Shown here: positions 1-15,618 of the stretch, in pieces
Numbering within the stretch: the first letter of the stretch is position 1
Layout: every line of letters begins with the position of its first letter
Assembly: GCA_051294375.1 (NCBI GenBank)
Contig: CM119265.1
Location: 5,565,696 to 5,629,695, forward strand
Source: Paraspadella gotoi
Lineage: Eukaryota > Animalia > Chaetognatha
Direction of reading: 5' to 3'
DNA: 64,000 nucleotides
Notes under the pieces: model-generated
Database searches by the model: none
Seen by the model: the letters and a program-made list of their open reading frames with translations, nothing else
Told to the model about the DNA's origin: nothing
Program-made: the position numbers and the translations under genes

Positions 1-131
1 AAAGATGAAAAAAAAAGGAAGTTGGTCAGGAACATGAAGAAGAAGACGACGACGATAACGACGACAAAGAAGACGATGACTAAAAAAAGGACAAGGAGAA
101 ATCGATGACGCTAATGGCGACGCGGACGTCG

Positions 132-230
132 GGCGCGTGACGAGCGGACGAAAGGCGCGTGACGAGCGGACGAAAGGCGCGCGACTGAAGCGATTGAAGG
201 GCGCCCGGCTGACGGATGAAAAGGCGCCTG
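132..230 (+). repeat. Short GC-rich 22-bp tandem repeat
   Basis: ggcgcgtgacgagcggacgaaa occurs twice, followed by degenerate units. Confidence 0.7.
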
Positions 231-705
231 AAAGGATGAGGAGCGCGCGATTGATGGACGAACGGCGTGAGTTTGGGAAAAGGAAACAACGAACGGTCAA
301 AGTGAGATGCAGTCAGATTAGTTTTTTAGAAGTTTGTTTATTGAGATTGAGATCAACTGTTTCATCCAATTTTCTGATGACTTTTCCATCCTTTAATGAA
401 GGACTTTTATTGAATAAATGATAACAGTGGTGTGTGAATTATACTCTAATATCACTGTTTTATGTATACCGTGCTGAATTGGTTTCGCTTATATAATAAA
501 TTTCTCTCTTTTTATTATAATGTATTAAAATTATATTGCTTATGAACATCAGCGTAACAATTCGTTTCCGTCAGCCGCGTCCACACATTTTTGATTTTCA
601 TTTCTCTTTCGGAATCTTTTTTGTCGGGGGGGGGGGATGGGGGGTGAAGAGGTTTAGGGGTGTTTTGGAAAATAAATCTGATTATATCTACTGGAGAGAG
701 AGAGA

Positions 706-759
<54 letters not shown>

Positions 760-3182
760 GAGAAAGGAAGAGAGAGAGAGAGAGAGAAATTAAAAATAAT
801 TTTTGCCAAAATTTAACGCCCGCGAAAAAAATTGGAAAAAAAAACAACTAAATTTTTATTCTATTCGTTTATTTGTTTTGGCGTACGGGAAAGGAAATTG
901 ACAATTTTTATCGTTTATTTTGTTTGAAATGAATTGAGGAAGTCAAGCAAACTTGTTAAATTGAGGGGTTGATAATCTTTGTCATTCCTAACTATCATAT
1001 ATGTGTTTTAATCGTTAACATTCAATTGTTGAAACAGTAAATAATAACAATAAATGTAATGTTTTACAATCAAAGACGTTGTAAATACTTACCAAAGTAT
1101 AAATTGTAATGTTACACAATTCGAAAATCATAAATGATAAATTAACGAAACAGTGAGCAAAATAATTAACTACAGAAATTCCGAAAAAAATTTTAGAGTC
1201 ATTGTTTCTTATTTTTATTTTCTTTGAATTTCATCTGCCAAATTCATCACGATTTTTCCCGCCATCTTGCGAACCAAAGACGAACCATGATGACGTCTCT
1301 CGATTCGACCTCGTCATCAAAATAGAGATCGGTCGCCGCATCGGACCAGTTTCGAACTTTCACCGAATGACATCAAATCGGGGAAATGTGGGTTAAGTCA
1401 ACACGGTTGGTGAGAGAGAGGGATGAGAGATAGAGAGAAAGCAAGAGACGGAGAGAGAGAGAGAGTAGAGAGAAGAGAGAGAGAGAAAAATAGAATGATG
1501 AGAGAGAAGACGAGAAAGAAAGGTGAAGAGAGTCCAGAAGAGAGAGAGAGAGAGAGGAAGAAAGGGGCGAGGAAGAGGGAGTGGACGGCCCAAATGGAAA
1601 TAAGATATCCAGGCAGCAAAGAGCAAAAACAGGCGAAACGACGCCGAGGAAAAAAAAGACAGGAGATCGAGAAGAAAATAAGTCGGAGAGAAAAGAGATA
1701 AGGAAGAGGACAAGCCGGAAAAGATAAGAAGGAAGTTAGGAAATCGATTAGAAAATGATAGAAAGATGCAAATAGAAGAAAGAAGAAAGAAAGAAAGAAG
1801 AAAAGAAGACAAGAAAGGGAAAAAGAAAGAAAGAAAGAAAGAAAGAAAGACAGACAGAATATGGATAAGAATGAAAGAATCGAGCAGAAAATGAAGAAAA
1901 GAGGATGAGAGGCGGAGAAAAAAGGCGGGAAAAAGTCGAAGAAAAGAAATAAAATGAAGAGCGAGTGGGATTATTATTCCTTCGAACGAAGGAGGGAAGG
2001 TGAAGAAGGGCGGGAATTCTTGAAGTCTTTCTTCTTTTTTTTCTTTTCTTTTTTATAAAGGTGAATGAGTGACTTCGGATTTGAATTCGCATGGAAGTTG
2101 AATTTCTAGAAAATCGAAGAAAGTGGAGATTACAATTGATTCATTCAGCGGCCGTCTTGTATAGAATGAGTTACCTTACGATTAAACGAAAAAGATAAAT
2201 GGGGGATGCAAGAGGTAAACAAAAAGTATCCAATGCTCGACCAACTAGACCCGGAAACAGATCGAAAAGTAAACCAGGCGTTGAGTAACGAATCGGGCGC
2301 CAGGATCAATGAGGCATTGTGCCATGTAGACAGGGACTGATTAGGCGTCCGAAGACGAATCCCGCGTCAGAAAAACTATTCAGGTGGAGTTCTCGACTTT
2401 AGTTCCACGGGCGGGTGAGTGAAAAAGATAGAAAAGATGGGAGAAAAAAGGATAAATCGAGACAATAGCAGCACCTGATAACTAGAAACCTTAATGTGTT
2501 TTTTTTTAAATTGTGATGCATTTTTTTTCAATCCTCTTTTAGCGAAAGGAGCAACACGGATCGTTAAAAAACGAAAAGGCGAAAGGCGAATCGTAAAGCT
2601 GGAGAAAAAATGGAAAATTCGATGACAAAACTAATGAGAGCAAGGCGTCGTCCGACAACTACACTTTTCTCCCTCTCTCTCTCCACCTCTCTTTATCTCT
2701 GTCTCGCTCTCTCTTTTTTCTTTCTCTCTTTCTTTCTTTCTTTCTCAATCTCTCTGTTCTCTCTCTCTCTCTCCCATTATTTCTTTCTTCTTCCGGAATC
2801 GAAATTTAACAATACTTTTCCCCACAATCAGTTTTCAATCGAAATCCTGAATTTCTTTCTCATTTTTTCTTAAGAAATTAAGTAAAACTTTGCATCTTCC
2901 ATCCGCTTTGCATCTTCCATTTTCTTCGCATCTGCCAAGTAATTCTTCTGACATCCGCTTTTGTTTGACTTCCCACTTCAATCAGCGTCAGGGTAGACAA
3001 CTGATTTGTCCTGCGACAATTTTTGTCAACTTGCGTATTTGCTCATTTTTTTTACGGTTTACAGATTGTTACTTGATGTCGAAGACAACGGACGTGAGAA
3101 AGAGAGGGCGGAGAGAAAACTATTCCCTCGGGTCTGAGGTTTACTTCTTCAATAATCACACGCTTTTCAGAAAGGAGAATGA

Positions 3183-3229
<47 letters not shown>

Positions 3230-4443
3230 GAGAGAGAAAGAGAGAGAGAGAGAAGAGAGACAGACAGACAGACACTCAGAAGAATAATTTACCTCGGCAG
3301 AGAGAGAAAATAATAGAAATCCGAACTCCTTATACTTACATACATATCAAAACTAAATCTCTCAAATGACAAAAATTATTTGACCACATTTTTTAACAAC
3401 GCTTTTTTTTTTTTACCAAATTCTTCCCCCCGCATTAACATTCACGTCAAAGACGACAACGACAACGACGAAAACGACGACGACAAACTCGGGACAAAGG
3501 ATCAAGTTTCCCTGTCCCTCGAGGTCACGATCTTTCGAACGGAGGGACGATGCGCCCCGCTCCATGAAAAATGGCGGACGCGCGCGGCGTTGCGGACTTG
3601 TTAACTTTTATCTAGTAAGGAAATATATATTCATTTAAAATAGAGTTCTAATTTTTGTGCATGTGTTTGTAAAATTGACGGAAGGAGGGAGAAAAAAATA
3701 AATTTATGTACATAGAGAGAAATAATTTGAGAAAAGAAAGAGAGAGTAAGAGAATTAGAGAGTATGCCAGCTGAGTTCCTTGAATCTCGCTCTGCAGCGA
3801 GAAAATCAAAATTTTCCCTTCCTTAATCAAATTTGGACAAAACTGAATCAACACTGCGTACACATCATCAAAATAAAAAATAAAAAACAACGACGACGAT
3901 AACAACGACAACTCGGAGAGACCGACAGGCGGGATCTCAAGAAAATATCTCCAACTTCGGAATGAGAAGATATGGAAGAGAAAAGATGAAAGAAAAGGAG
4001 AAGAAAGAAATTGCCGAAGAAAAGGAAAAGGCGTATTTGCTGAAAGGAAGAGAGAAAAAGGCAAAGGGGTCAGAGAAGAAAGAAGAAAGAACAAAGATAA
4101 AAACGAGGCTGGGATGAACAAGGGGGAAGAGGAGAAAATAGAGAGAGAAACGGAGGAAAGAACAAAGGAAAGGAGGCTGAGAGGAGGAGATGGGGAGAAA
4201 GGAGGAAAGAAAAGGAGAGAAGGAAATGGAGAGGGGGATGGGAGGAGGAGGAGGAGGAGTAAGAGAAAAAGAATTAGGAGTGAGAAGAGAAAGGAAAGGA
4301 AAGCGAGGAGGAGAAAAAGGGGATCCAAACAACTCGGAATTCGTCGGTTAAGATGAAGGGAAGCGACTTGGTGGAATTGGGTTTTGCCTCTGAGGCCTTC
4401 GAAAATGGAGGAAACTTGGGGGGAGTGGAAGATGGAATAATTG

Positions 4444-5055
<612 letters not shown>

Positions 5056-7656
5056 AAGAGAGAATAACACACAGAGGCCAGGTTAAGGGTATCGAAGGAG
5101 GTTGAGAATTTCAGAAAATCCATTAGAAGGAGAGACAAGGACTTTTCCTTGAGCGCATTTGTCAAGATCAGCTCTCAGCGCGAGAAGAACCTCACCCTCC
5201 ATTGCGAGAAGAACCTCACCCTGCTTTCCGGATTGAAGGAAAAAGCATTCGTATTTGTCTCATTCTTCTTCTTCATCCTTTTCCTCTTTCAGTCCAACTT
5301 TTTATTTCTTTTTCTCTCGCGATCGATTGATCTTTTGCTTATTAAATTTTTTTTTTACGACTTTAAAAAGCATAGTAACGTAGTAACATAGTAAAATAGT
5401 AACTAGTAACAGATTAAGTAGGTAGGTTAACGTCATAAATAAGTAATACGAAATACAGTTTCAGTTAAAAAGGGTAAGCTTTTTACGTAAATTCAACTCA
5501 ACTAACGCGCGTGAACTCAACTAATTATGCACTTCAGATTTTTTTATCAAAAGACTTTCGCATGTAAACTTCTCTTCAAACTCTTTCCTCTCTTTACCTC
5601 CCCTTCTTCCCTCTTTATCTAACTCCTCTCTTCATCTCTTTAACCTTCCTCTTACTTATTTCTGAATTTTCTCTTCCTCCTGCCTTCCTCTTTCCCGGTC
5701 ATTAGGAGTAACGACGTCTAGTCTTGTTTCTCTTATTTTTTATCCTTTTTCGTTTCCAAAGGGTCGACGTTTGAGAGTGGCGAGAGTGGCGTTTTAAAAT
5801 TCTCGAAGTAAATCATAGATTAAATAATTAAATATAATTTTATTTTTGATCATATTCGTCACTAGGGCGAAACACTAACCGGAAATAAAAATACAATGTG
5901 GTCATCTTTATGGGGTTACTGGAGACTCAAAATCAATGCCCAATCTATTTTTGATTGTTTTGGAAGCAAAGGGATACTGACACTTTATCTCATATGGCTC
6001 AGTGTGAAATTATTTTATAATTTAAGTTAATAATATTTGGGTCAATAAGAATAAACAATAAGCTTTCAGTTGAGCTCTTTTACGATATTTTTTATAAAAT
6101 ATTTACAAATTTCTTGCCATTTAAATAGAATTATAAGTTTTGCTTCGGGAGACTGTACATTGTACATTGTACAGTGCACAAGTAAATTAGTTGTTAAAAA
6201 AATAAAGACGAATGTAGTGCGCTATAAATCAAAGCCAACTTTCGCAGAGTTAATATCTTGATGGCCGCCAGCCTAATTTCGTCGAAAAAGAGTGCGTAAA
6301 ACCCAAAATAATAAAAAAAAGAGGAGGAATCAATCTGAGTTAATTTTATTTTTGAGAATTCTCGTTACTTTGAGTTTCAACATAGTCCGTTTTAGAATTA
6401 AATGTAAATAATCGTAATAGTACAATGAAGTGTGTTTAATAAATCGAACTTCTGGAAATAAAACTTTTTTTTTCCTCCTTTTTTTGGCTAAAAATCCCGA
6501 AATGACGGTTTCCATGGTTACGAGGCTCGAGATGTCGTTATCACGCGAAAAGCGTGTTATTTCTCTCTCTTACCGAAACGACCCAATATAATAAACAGTC
6601 GAAACGAGCAAATACTTCAGAGAGTAACGCCCTGACACGAGTTCCAGTGATAAAAACTTGTATATGTATGAATGTCGAAATTAATAATTAATACAAGGAT
6701 GTCAAGCCACAATTTTTTGTTGCGGAATAGAGATAAATTGTGTACCTATCTATTAGTTGTAATTATAATCTTCAAATCTAATGTAACAATGCTTTTTAGT
6801 ATCAAACGCGTCGGGAATATTCGTCGTTATATTTGTTTTTACTGATCGATAATCCCTTTTGAGTTGTTTACTTTAAAGCAAACATACTCTCTCTCCTTGC
6901 TCCCCCGCATCTCTCGCTCTCTATAAATACTAAACTATTAATTCCTCCTCCCGCCTCCCGTTCGTCGCTCGACTTGGCCATCTGTCGGCAAACTTCGTTT
7001 TTTCCGGCCCAAAGCGACGCGTGACAAACAAAAGGGACCGCGAACTTCCGTGACAAAGGAAGCGAAAACGTGTCGCGTTATGGCCGTGACAACTTCTATT
7101 GCCACGCAAGGACGAACGAGCGTTGGGTAGTTGAGACAGGTGGCAGCACCGGCGCCGTCTAGGATTAAAAATAGAACGAAGTCGACCCCGGATCGAGCGA
7201 CGCTGAAATTACGACGTGGTTAAACGTGCTACGTAGAAGTGTAAACAAATTAGGACATTGTGATAATGATTAAAAAGTCAACTGAATTGAATCAGAATAG
7301 AACGAATTCGATCGAAATCTAACATTGAGAACATCAATACCGCTGGGCAATTTTGCGTCACAAGCATTTTGAAAGACTTAAATGATCTCCGACTTTCTTG
7401 TTTTGTTTTCCTTTTTTTACAAATAGTCCTTTCATAGTGATTTAGGTTAAAATTATCGTAAAGCAAATTTTATCGTTTTCCTTTTTTAGTCGATTGATTG
7501 ATTGCGTAAAACGTATGAAGAAACACCATGATTTTGACAGACATAAGATACGAAAAAAAGATAAAGTTGAAAAATGACCTCGAGGGATGGAGAAAAATGT
7601 TTCAAAACACCAACAAGGAAAACGAAAAAGTAGGAAAGAGGAATGAGCGAAGAGAG

Positions 7657-7688
<32 letters not shown>

Positions 7689-10480
7689 CAATCTTCGAAG
7701 CTCTGCTAAAGAATCGCTTTTTTGAGTGGCGTCTGACAATCGTCGCTTTCTTCATTTCGACTACGAAGGATATGGACATCAAGGTCACCGTCATCGTCGC
7801 ATTCTTCATCGCCGTCACCGAAAGAACGATCCCTTCACCAGTGGGTCGATCTTCCTTCTTCTTTGCAACGGAATTTAAGAAATCGTCGTCGCCCGCACGC
7901 ACCACGCACCCGGACGTACGTCAAGATCACCTTGAATCGGAATGAATCAAAAATATTAATCGTCTCGAACGAAAAATATTCCCACGATGACGTTTGTGAA
8001 AGAAAAGAAAATTCTCAACTGAAGGAACGTGTGCATTCGAATTACCCTTTATTTCGAATGGGACTGTTTCTTTTATATATATTTCTTTTCCATGAATTCC
8101 GAGGAGACATCCCGTTCATTGTGTTGTCTGCGGCGATCTTCCCTCATCGTCATCTGCTTAATCTTTGTAGAAATCTTTTAATTTGACGAGAAAAAAAAAC
8201 TTGAAAAGGATTATTTCTCGAATTCATTATATATCGAATAGTTTTTTAAAAAAAGTGTATTAATGATTTTTTAAATAATAATATCATCATTTCCTTCCTT
8301 CCTTCCCTTCTCTCCTCCATTTCGCTCTCCCTCTCTTTCTTTTCGGTCAAGAGGTCACCTTTTTCCTCTCCGCTTTCCGAAGACTCGTTTCAGGGTCGGC
8401 GCCCCGCCCCAGCCCGACCTATCGGCGCTTCCCAGGTACTACACCGGCAGGGCTCCGGCAATGGCTTCCGGCGCCGTTCGAGGGTCTTCACTTTTGCCGA
8501 CCATCTGATTCTAATTTCGGGTTAGAAAGAGAGCTAGTGAGAGTACAAGTTGCGTCGGTGAACGTTTTTAGAGATTTTTGAAAAGTTAAGGAAAGGATAA
8601 GATTGGAATAACTTGGGGATGGGTAATAGGAGCGGCAGAAGAGCTCAGCATTCAATCGACAAAAAGAAGCAAAAATCCTAGAATATAAAAAAAAAAATTT
8701 ATCGGAGATTTTGCGCTCCAAACCGAAAAAAAAAAAAATTCATAACAAAACGGGGCTGCCGGTGGGGGGGAAGGGGGGCGCGGAGGGAGGAGGTGGCGCC
8801 TGGAACGGCGAAGGAGAGAAGGAAAAAATCGGGGATTATTGAATTGAAGGCGATAAGAGCATTTGGGGGTTTATCGGCGGGGGGGCGGGGCGGGGGGAGA
8901 GCTTCGTTGGTGCGACGGAAATGGAATTTTGCATAAAGCGGTGAAAGGGAGATGTCATCTTGGAAATGGTGAAATAACAGACAAAAAAAAAAATTTTTAA
9001 AGCAGTTGGAAGAACGGACAGGGGGAACTGAATTTAAAAAAAAAAAAAACATCCGGGTAGCGCGTTCGTTGGACGATGATGGGAGGAGAGAGATGGCGTT
9101 CCAGTCTCTCTCTGTCCCGAGAGACGCAAACTTTGGGCCAAACGCCCACACGCCTCCTTCTCTCGGCCCCAGACACGGACTGGTCTCTGCCGCGCCTGAC
9201 GCCGTCCCCGCTGCGTTTTCTGTTGTTGTTATGGATGTAACTGCCATTTTCAATTTCGTTCATTACGAAGAGATGCTCGTCGAGGAGGACGACAGTGACG
9301 ACGACGATCATGACGACGACGACGATCATGACGACGACTACGACTTATGTTTTCGTTCTACTCAAACAGATTCACATCGATTATTCTTTTCGTCAAACAA
9401 AATCGATTTTTTCCTCTGTTTTTAATTTTAAAACTTTGGCTTTGGCTTTTCGAGTTTGAGAGGAAAAGAGAAAAATTCGAAAGAGTTTCTTTTTTTTTTC
9501 TTTTTTTTTTTCCTTTCTCGCTCTGATTTTGCTTCGAAGTGCTTAGTTTTACGTTATTACCTTACTGCATGAAGTTTTGGTAATACTTTGAAGAGTCTTC
9601 TGTAAATTAATTAATTTATCTGATTTTGTTGTTTTATCTCAGTGGAAAATTTTATTCACCTCCTTTATAAGGTCCTCACCAACTTGTAAACGATGAAACT
9701 ATTGTTGTGAGATCGTACTCCTTCTCTTCTTATTTCTTTCTTCGTCATCATCGTTCACACCCCTCAGATACTCAAGCTTGTGAACGCAGTCATTTTTTTA
9801 TTCCCCAACGACGCTTGTCACAGTTTTCGATCGAAAACGAACTGACGTACGAGCCATTTCCTCCTTTTTATGGCTTCTTGATCGCCTCGTAAAAATAATC
9901 CCGAAGAACTGAAGAAGACTCAGTCACTAAGAACTTCCGGAAAAAAAAAAGAATCGTAAATTGATTTTTTCTTTTTTGTTTCATTCGGCATTTCCCTCGA
10001 CAAAGAATAACCTGCTCCGTGGATTTAAACTCGCGGGTTTAGAAATCTCATGACATGGGAACCGTTTTACATTGGCAATTCGTTTGCAGATTACTAAACA
10101 TTAGTAAACATGAACCCAAAATTGAAATTAAGATGTTCCAAACTTATTATTTTTTTAAAACAAGTTCAGACGTCTTTGTTGGACCATGTTTTCCCAATTT
10201 AGATCGAATCAAATTGAAGAAAAATGTATTGACGTTAACTACAGAACAAAACGGAACAACGAGGAGTCAAATTTAGATTCGTATCATTTCGACGCTTCGC
10301 GTCTGTCAAAACTTTCAACGGAACTTCGAAAAGCGGAATTTTGACGGGTGATGTCTGCACCGTGGTTTTGATTATGGTGTGTTTTTTCTTTTTAAATTCT
10401 AAGAAGAGGGAGAATTGACTGTGAGAGATGAAGAGGAGAGAGACACGAGAGAGAGAAAACAGAGAGACGCAGAGGAGAGA

Positions 10481-10520
<40 letters not shown>

Positions 10521-13203
10521 GAGAGAATAATTCAATGATGTTTCAAAGCGTAAGTCCCTTGCGCATGATTCTCTTTGATTATCTACCATTTTTTCTTCAG
10601 CGCAACATTGTTTTAGCGTCACGCACTCTCAAGAGTCATTTCGATTCACGCACTCCCACACTCTCGTTGACACTCCTTTCAACGCCCTGGAATTCCCACA
10701 ACATCTTTTCTCACTACTCTCAAATGATCACTCGAGCTTTCGTAAGACAAACTCAGTTCCTCCCTCGCTCTTCGTCGCTTGCGAATTTTGCATTTGCCAC
10801 AAAACTCTCCCGCCGCACAGTTTTCGCGATCTGGTGCCGCATGCTCCTGGCTCTTTTCAATTTGTCGAGACTTCTCGCGCATGTCACGTGATTCACGGGA
10901 AACGAATCGAAATCGTATGGTGATTAGGGGCTTTTGTAGTGAATAATAGTTAATAAATAGTTATGCATATACATTGTAGTAGTTAAGGGTAGTGAAGTTA
11001 CAACGAAAATTTTAAAGTCAATTATGAACAATTTAAGGCGCGGCCAAAATTGAACACTTTTTATAAACTTTTAATTCTCCAAAAAATTCCTTTTTCCTTC
11101 TATTACTAAATCGATTTTCAATGCAACTTTTTGAATTAGTTCATTGGCGTTGGTTGCACTGAAGCTTTTAAATATTTATTTATATTATAACAAATGACAA
11201 AAAACTTTTTAAAAAGTTAGTTTTAAGAACGATTCTTATAGGCTTGAAAAAGTTAATGAAAGTTAGTACTACAATTTTTTAAATTTTGACAAAGAAATGG
11301 TTAAAAACAGAAAAAACCGTTAAAAATTCATCATCATCATCATCATTGGCTAAATTTTTCTAGTTTTTTAAAATTTTTTGATCAATAAAACAAAAAAATT
11401 TTAAAATTTGTATTAATAACCTTTATCTAACTTTTTAAAGCTCTATCAGAATCCATTAACGGTTCGGATTCACTCAATTCAAATTGTGTATAGCTAAAAC
11501 GGAGCTCGGCATTCGGGAAAGTGAGCATTCCTGACGATTCCGAAAATGTATCACTTCATCATTTTTTCAAGGCGTTTCGTTTGTTATCGAATTTTTACTA
11601 TATAAAATAAAAGAAACCTAATCTGTTGAGTTTGCAGCCAAACGAACAAAGCCGATTCCAATGAAATAATACAGGATTTTTTTTTATGTCAAGGACTCCA
11701 ATTCTATGAAAAGTTTTTTTTTGAAATTCGTTATTCCTTCATAGAAATTTAATCATTTTGTTCAATTTTCAATTGTATTCCCTTGCTATATTTGAAAATG
11801 AAAAAGTTTTCTAAAAAACGGGCTCATGAATTCCGCCCACCTTTCTTTTCTTTTGTAAAAATATTTTTTTAAAACGTGCAGTCAATCGTATTTAGCTGCA
11901 ACTCTTCGTTTTTAATTTTTGTCCATCAACAGATTAAGTTCTGACTTTCGTTACTCTTACCAAGATTCGACACGACATTTCACGATACGTTAAGCGACGC
12001 AGGATTTTTTTTCATTTCTTATTGTGACTTGACCGATTAAAATATTCTGACCGTTCAATTTTTTTATTGTTCTGGGGGAGAAAAAAATTTTTTTTTAAAT
12101 TCAGAAAATGCCTTACCAAAATTAGGTCAGATCTATTTTACGTTTAAGCATTTACATAAAGCAAAAAGTAAAAGGAAATTAAGCGAACTACTTTGGCAAA
12201 GGTAAATAAATAGGAGATGATGCAAAATAGTTTTTTTCAGTCGTCTCTCTATCTCTTTTATCTCTCCCTCTGTTTTTATTAATAGCTTATTTATTTATCA
12301 TAAATTATCAACCAGTCAGTCGCTGCCTTAAACCCGTAATGTTAGTAATAAAGATAGGGTTACTAACATTAGTGGTCCAAACGCCATTTAGCTGCTTTCC
12401 TATCTAACACAGGCAGTTCCCTAAGATTTCTGACTCAAAAGCCCTGGTTTGAAATGTGTAAAGATCAAGACAACGGTTGTTCAAGTCTCATTGGATTGCA
12501 GTTTTCATATTGCATCAAATAATCGAATATTTTGGTGCCAGAACAAGTTATTAATAAACATTACACTAATTGATTGTTTTTTTTTACAATTACCAAATAT
12601 TATACTTACAATTGTACTGATTCTTATAGGAAGTTATTTATTACAGGTGGCTTAGAATTTATTGATTTCTTATTTATCTGTCATGTTGAAAGATTTTATT
12701 GAGGACATCTGGATTATGTTACAGCTCTGGAGTGAGTTCACAAAAAAGAGTTCTGTAGATTTAATTATATTTTTTAAGTCTTGAAAGTTTTCTTGAAAAT
12801 CTAAGTTTACCGAAAAAAATTATTGAGAAAATGAGCTTACCGTGTGAAAAATCATATCGACTCGAAAATCTTGCTTACGAATAAAAAATTTTGCCATAAA
12901 ATTTACGGTTGGCATTTCTAAGTACATTGGAAAGATCTTCGATTTAATTTCTCCAGAAAACCTCTCAGTTATTGATGCGAGGGAGGTACTAGGATACAGT
13001 AAATTCGATTTTCTGCAATTATAGATTGAGTGATCCCTGGCCTAAAAAAAAATTGAAAAATTCAAAAAAATTTTTAACTATTAATAATAGTAATAAATAA
13101 TCTTTAAATTGCTTCCGTGCGGCTTATTTAATAGATAATTTTTTTAAAATTATTTTTATTTTCATATTCTTTAACAGTCACTTTATCATTATTTATTTTG
13201 AGA

Positions 13204-13248
13204 GACTTCTAGTTTTCAACTGTTCGGCCTAATGAAAACTATCATCAG
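13204..13248 (-). ncRNA. Degenerate hammerhead ribozyme motif
   Basis: Minus strand reads CTGATGA-TAGTTTTCA-(14 nt)-TGAAAACTA-GAA-GTC, then AATAAA. A perfect 9-bp stem II sits exactly between the core boxes, but the GAAA/stem III part is damaged. Confidence 0.45.
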
Positions 13249-13289
13249 TGAACATTATTTGTTAAAAAATTATTTTATGTTTTTTTATT

Positions 13290-13676
13290 TTCGCAGTAGG
13301 CTATATTTATATATAGTACTATCCTTATAAAATCGAAAAAATTTCAATAGGTTTTCTCTATTTTGATTGCAGATTTGAATTTCCTCGTCAAAGTTGATAG
13401 AAGAAAATTATAAATCATTTTTTTAAAAAAAATTCTTTTATTAGTGGTGTTAAAATTAAAAAATATATTTAATATATAAAAAGTTAAATTTTCAGCTTAT
13501 AATATAGCGTTTTTTTAATTTTTTTGACCGACTTAATGAAGGAATTTTTCAAAAGATTTCTATTTCTTTTATCAACTTTTTATGACGAATCCAAATCTGC
13601 AAAAACTCTTAGAAAAAAACTGTTTTGAAATTTTAACATTTATGGTTTAAGTACTAGTATAATATAGCTACTGCGT
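13290..13676. mobile_element. AT-rich fold-back / MITE-like element
   Basis: Nested inverted matches: gcagtaggctatatt (13293) with aatatagctactgc (~13661), and tgcagatttgaattt...aaagttgatagaagaaa with tttcttttatcaacttt...aatccaaatctgca. No ORF. Confidence 0.55.
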
Positions 13677-14968
13677 AAATGTAAAATTTATTTATAAATT
13701 TTTTTATTATATAAATGTTTATTAATATAATGTTGTTCGTTCCTCACTTTTAGAATTTTATTAAATTTAAATTTAGAAATTTTACTTACGCCTTAACTGT
13801 TATAGAGATCTAGGTTTGAAGCGGAATGCGAGCTTGCGACACGGGATAGTGCACTGGATACGAGTTAAGATTAAGAAAAAGGGGATTTTGTTCGTTCAGT
13901 ATTTGAAACTTGTGAGTAAATTTGATCTAGAGTCACGCACAAGAGATTAATCTGGAAAAGTAGGAAATAAATTATTAATTGTTTTTCTCAAAATGCGATC
14001 GGAGAGAAATTTCCTCTATCACGATGATCTTTGCCTTTGATTCAATTAAATGTAACGATATTCCAATTTGAATTTCTTTTGCGGAAGGAGAAAAAAAGTA
14101 TGGATGGCGATCGACTGACCTTGGGCGTTGTTGTAGATCTTACGAGTGTCAGGGGGTTGGGAGATATAGATTTGTGAAGGATCATAAACCCATAAGCTGT
14201 TCGGAAAGCTTTCTTGTGAAATTTTTAAATGATACTAGCCAGAGGCTCAAGCATAAGAAAAAAAAAGAAGAACATAGGTTACATTCTAGATTATGTTTTT
14301 AATTCTATTATTGTTTTTGTAAGATGGGTTGCGGAAATCGCTGCATATAAGATGATTTAATGTGCGGGGTAAATGAAACGACTTTTAAAACTCACCACAG
14401 CGGATTCCTATATATTCAGTCGCCGCCAAAAGGAAAGAAAAACAAATTCAACATTTTTTTTTTCACTCTCTCTCCATCAGTGCCCTCGGCCCTGGAAGCG
14501 ACCTCTACCTCTCTCTCCCTTTCAGTCTATCAATCTCTTTTTCTTTCTTTCTTTCTTTTCTTTTTTCTTCTTTTCCTTTCTTTTCTTTCTTCTTTCCTTT
14601 CTTCTTTCTTTCTTTCTTCCTTTCCTTCTTCTTCTCCTTTCTCCTTTCTCCTTCTCTTTCTTCTTTCTCCTTTCTTTCTTTCTTTCTTTCTTTCTTTCCT
14701 TTCTCTTTCTTTCCTTTTCTTCTTTTTTCTTTTTTTCTCTTCTTTCCCTTTCTTTCTCTTTCCTTTCTTTCTTTTCTTCTTTCCTTTCTTTCTTTCTTTT
14801 CCTTTCTTTCTTCTTTCTTTTCTTTTCATTCTTCTTCTTCTTCCAAATCTTTGTCTATCACTATCGCTTCCTCCCCTCGTTCCCCATTAAACTTTTTTTA
14901 TCTCTTTCCCGCCTTTCATCCTTGGCTAAAAAAGACTTTCTGGCAGAATGACGAAGATGACGTCGAAA

Positions 14969-15007
<39 letters not shown>

Positions 15008-15151
15008 ACGAAAAGTAGATGAAGATGAGGCGAAGACTAGAAAATGAAAAACTGCAGAAGCGAATATGGGAGAAGAAAGAGAACAGCGAAAAAAAAGGGC
15101 AGAAAAGGGTAACGAATACGGGCGAGAAAAGAGGTTAAAATATGGGAGGGA

Positions 15152-15206
<55 letters not shown>

Positions 15207-15618
15207 AGAGACAGAGCAACAGCAGGATAAATATAATTCCGAGAAAAACCGTGCGAAATGGAGCCCATCATCTTCACCAAGACTGAATAAACAAGTGAGA
15301 CGTGGACCTCAATGGAACTCGCGTGACTTTATCGCTATCATCGTCGTCGTGGTCGTCGGCAGGAGGCGTTCTCAGCTAAACACTCTATAATGTTCACCTT
15401 TTATTCAGTCTTCTGCGAAAGTTTCTGTGAGATGCAGTCCTTCGAAAAAAAAGAGGACACCCTAAAACCTTATGCAAATAAATCTTGTTAGGGGATCTGA
15501 GGTTGAGTGGGTTTATGAACGTAGACAGTTTGTTGCCGTTAGAATTAAAATTTAAGCCTATTTGTAGTCGGGCATTGCTTAGGTTCACCCCGCCTATAAG
15601 CGAGACACCTTCAGTCTT

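Noticed and set aside
7135-7150. CTCF-like motif (CAGGTGGCAGCAC)
   Set aside because: A single short match with no supporting context.
7690-9360. GC-rich coding-like patches (7690-7940, 8393-8508, 9087-9350)
   Set aside because: They could not be linked into a phase-consistent gene model and show no recognisable homology.
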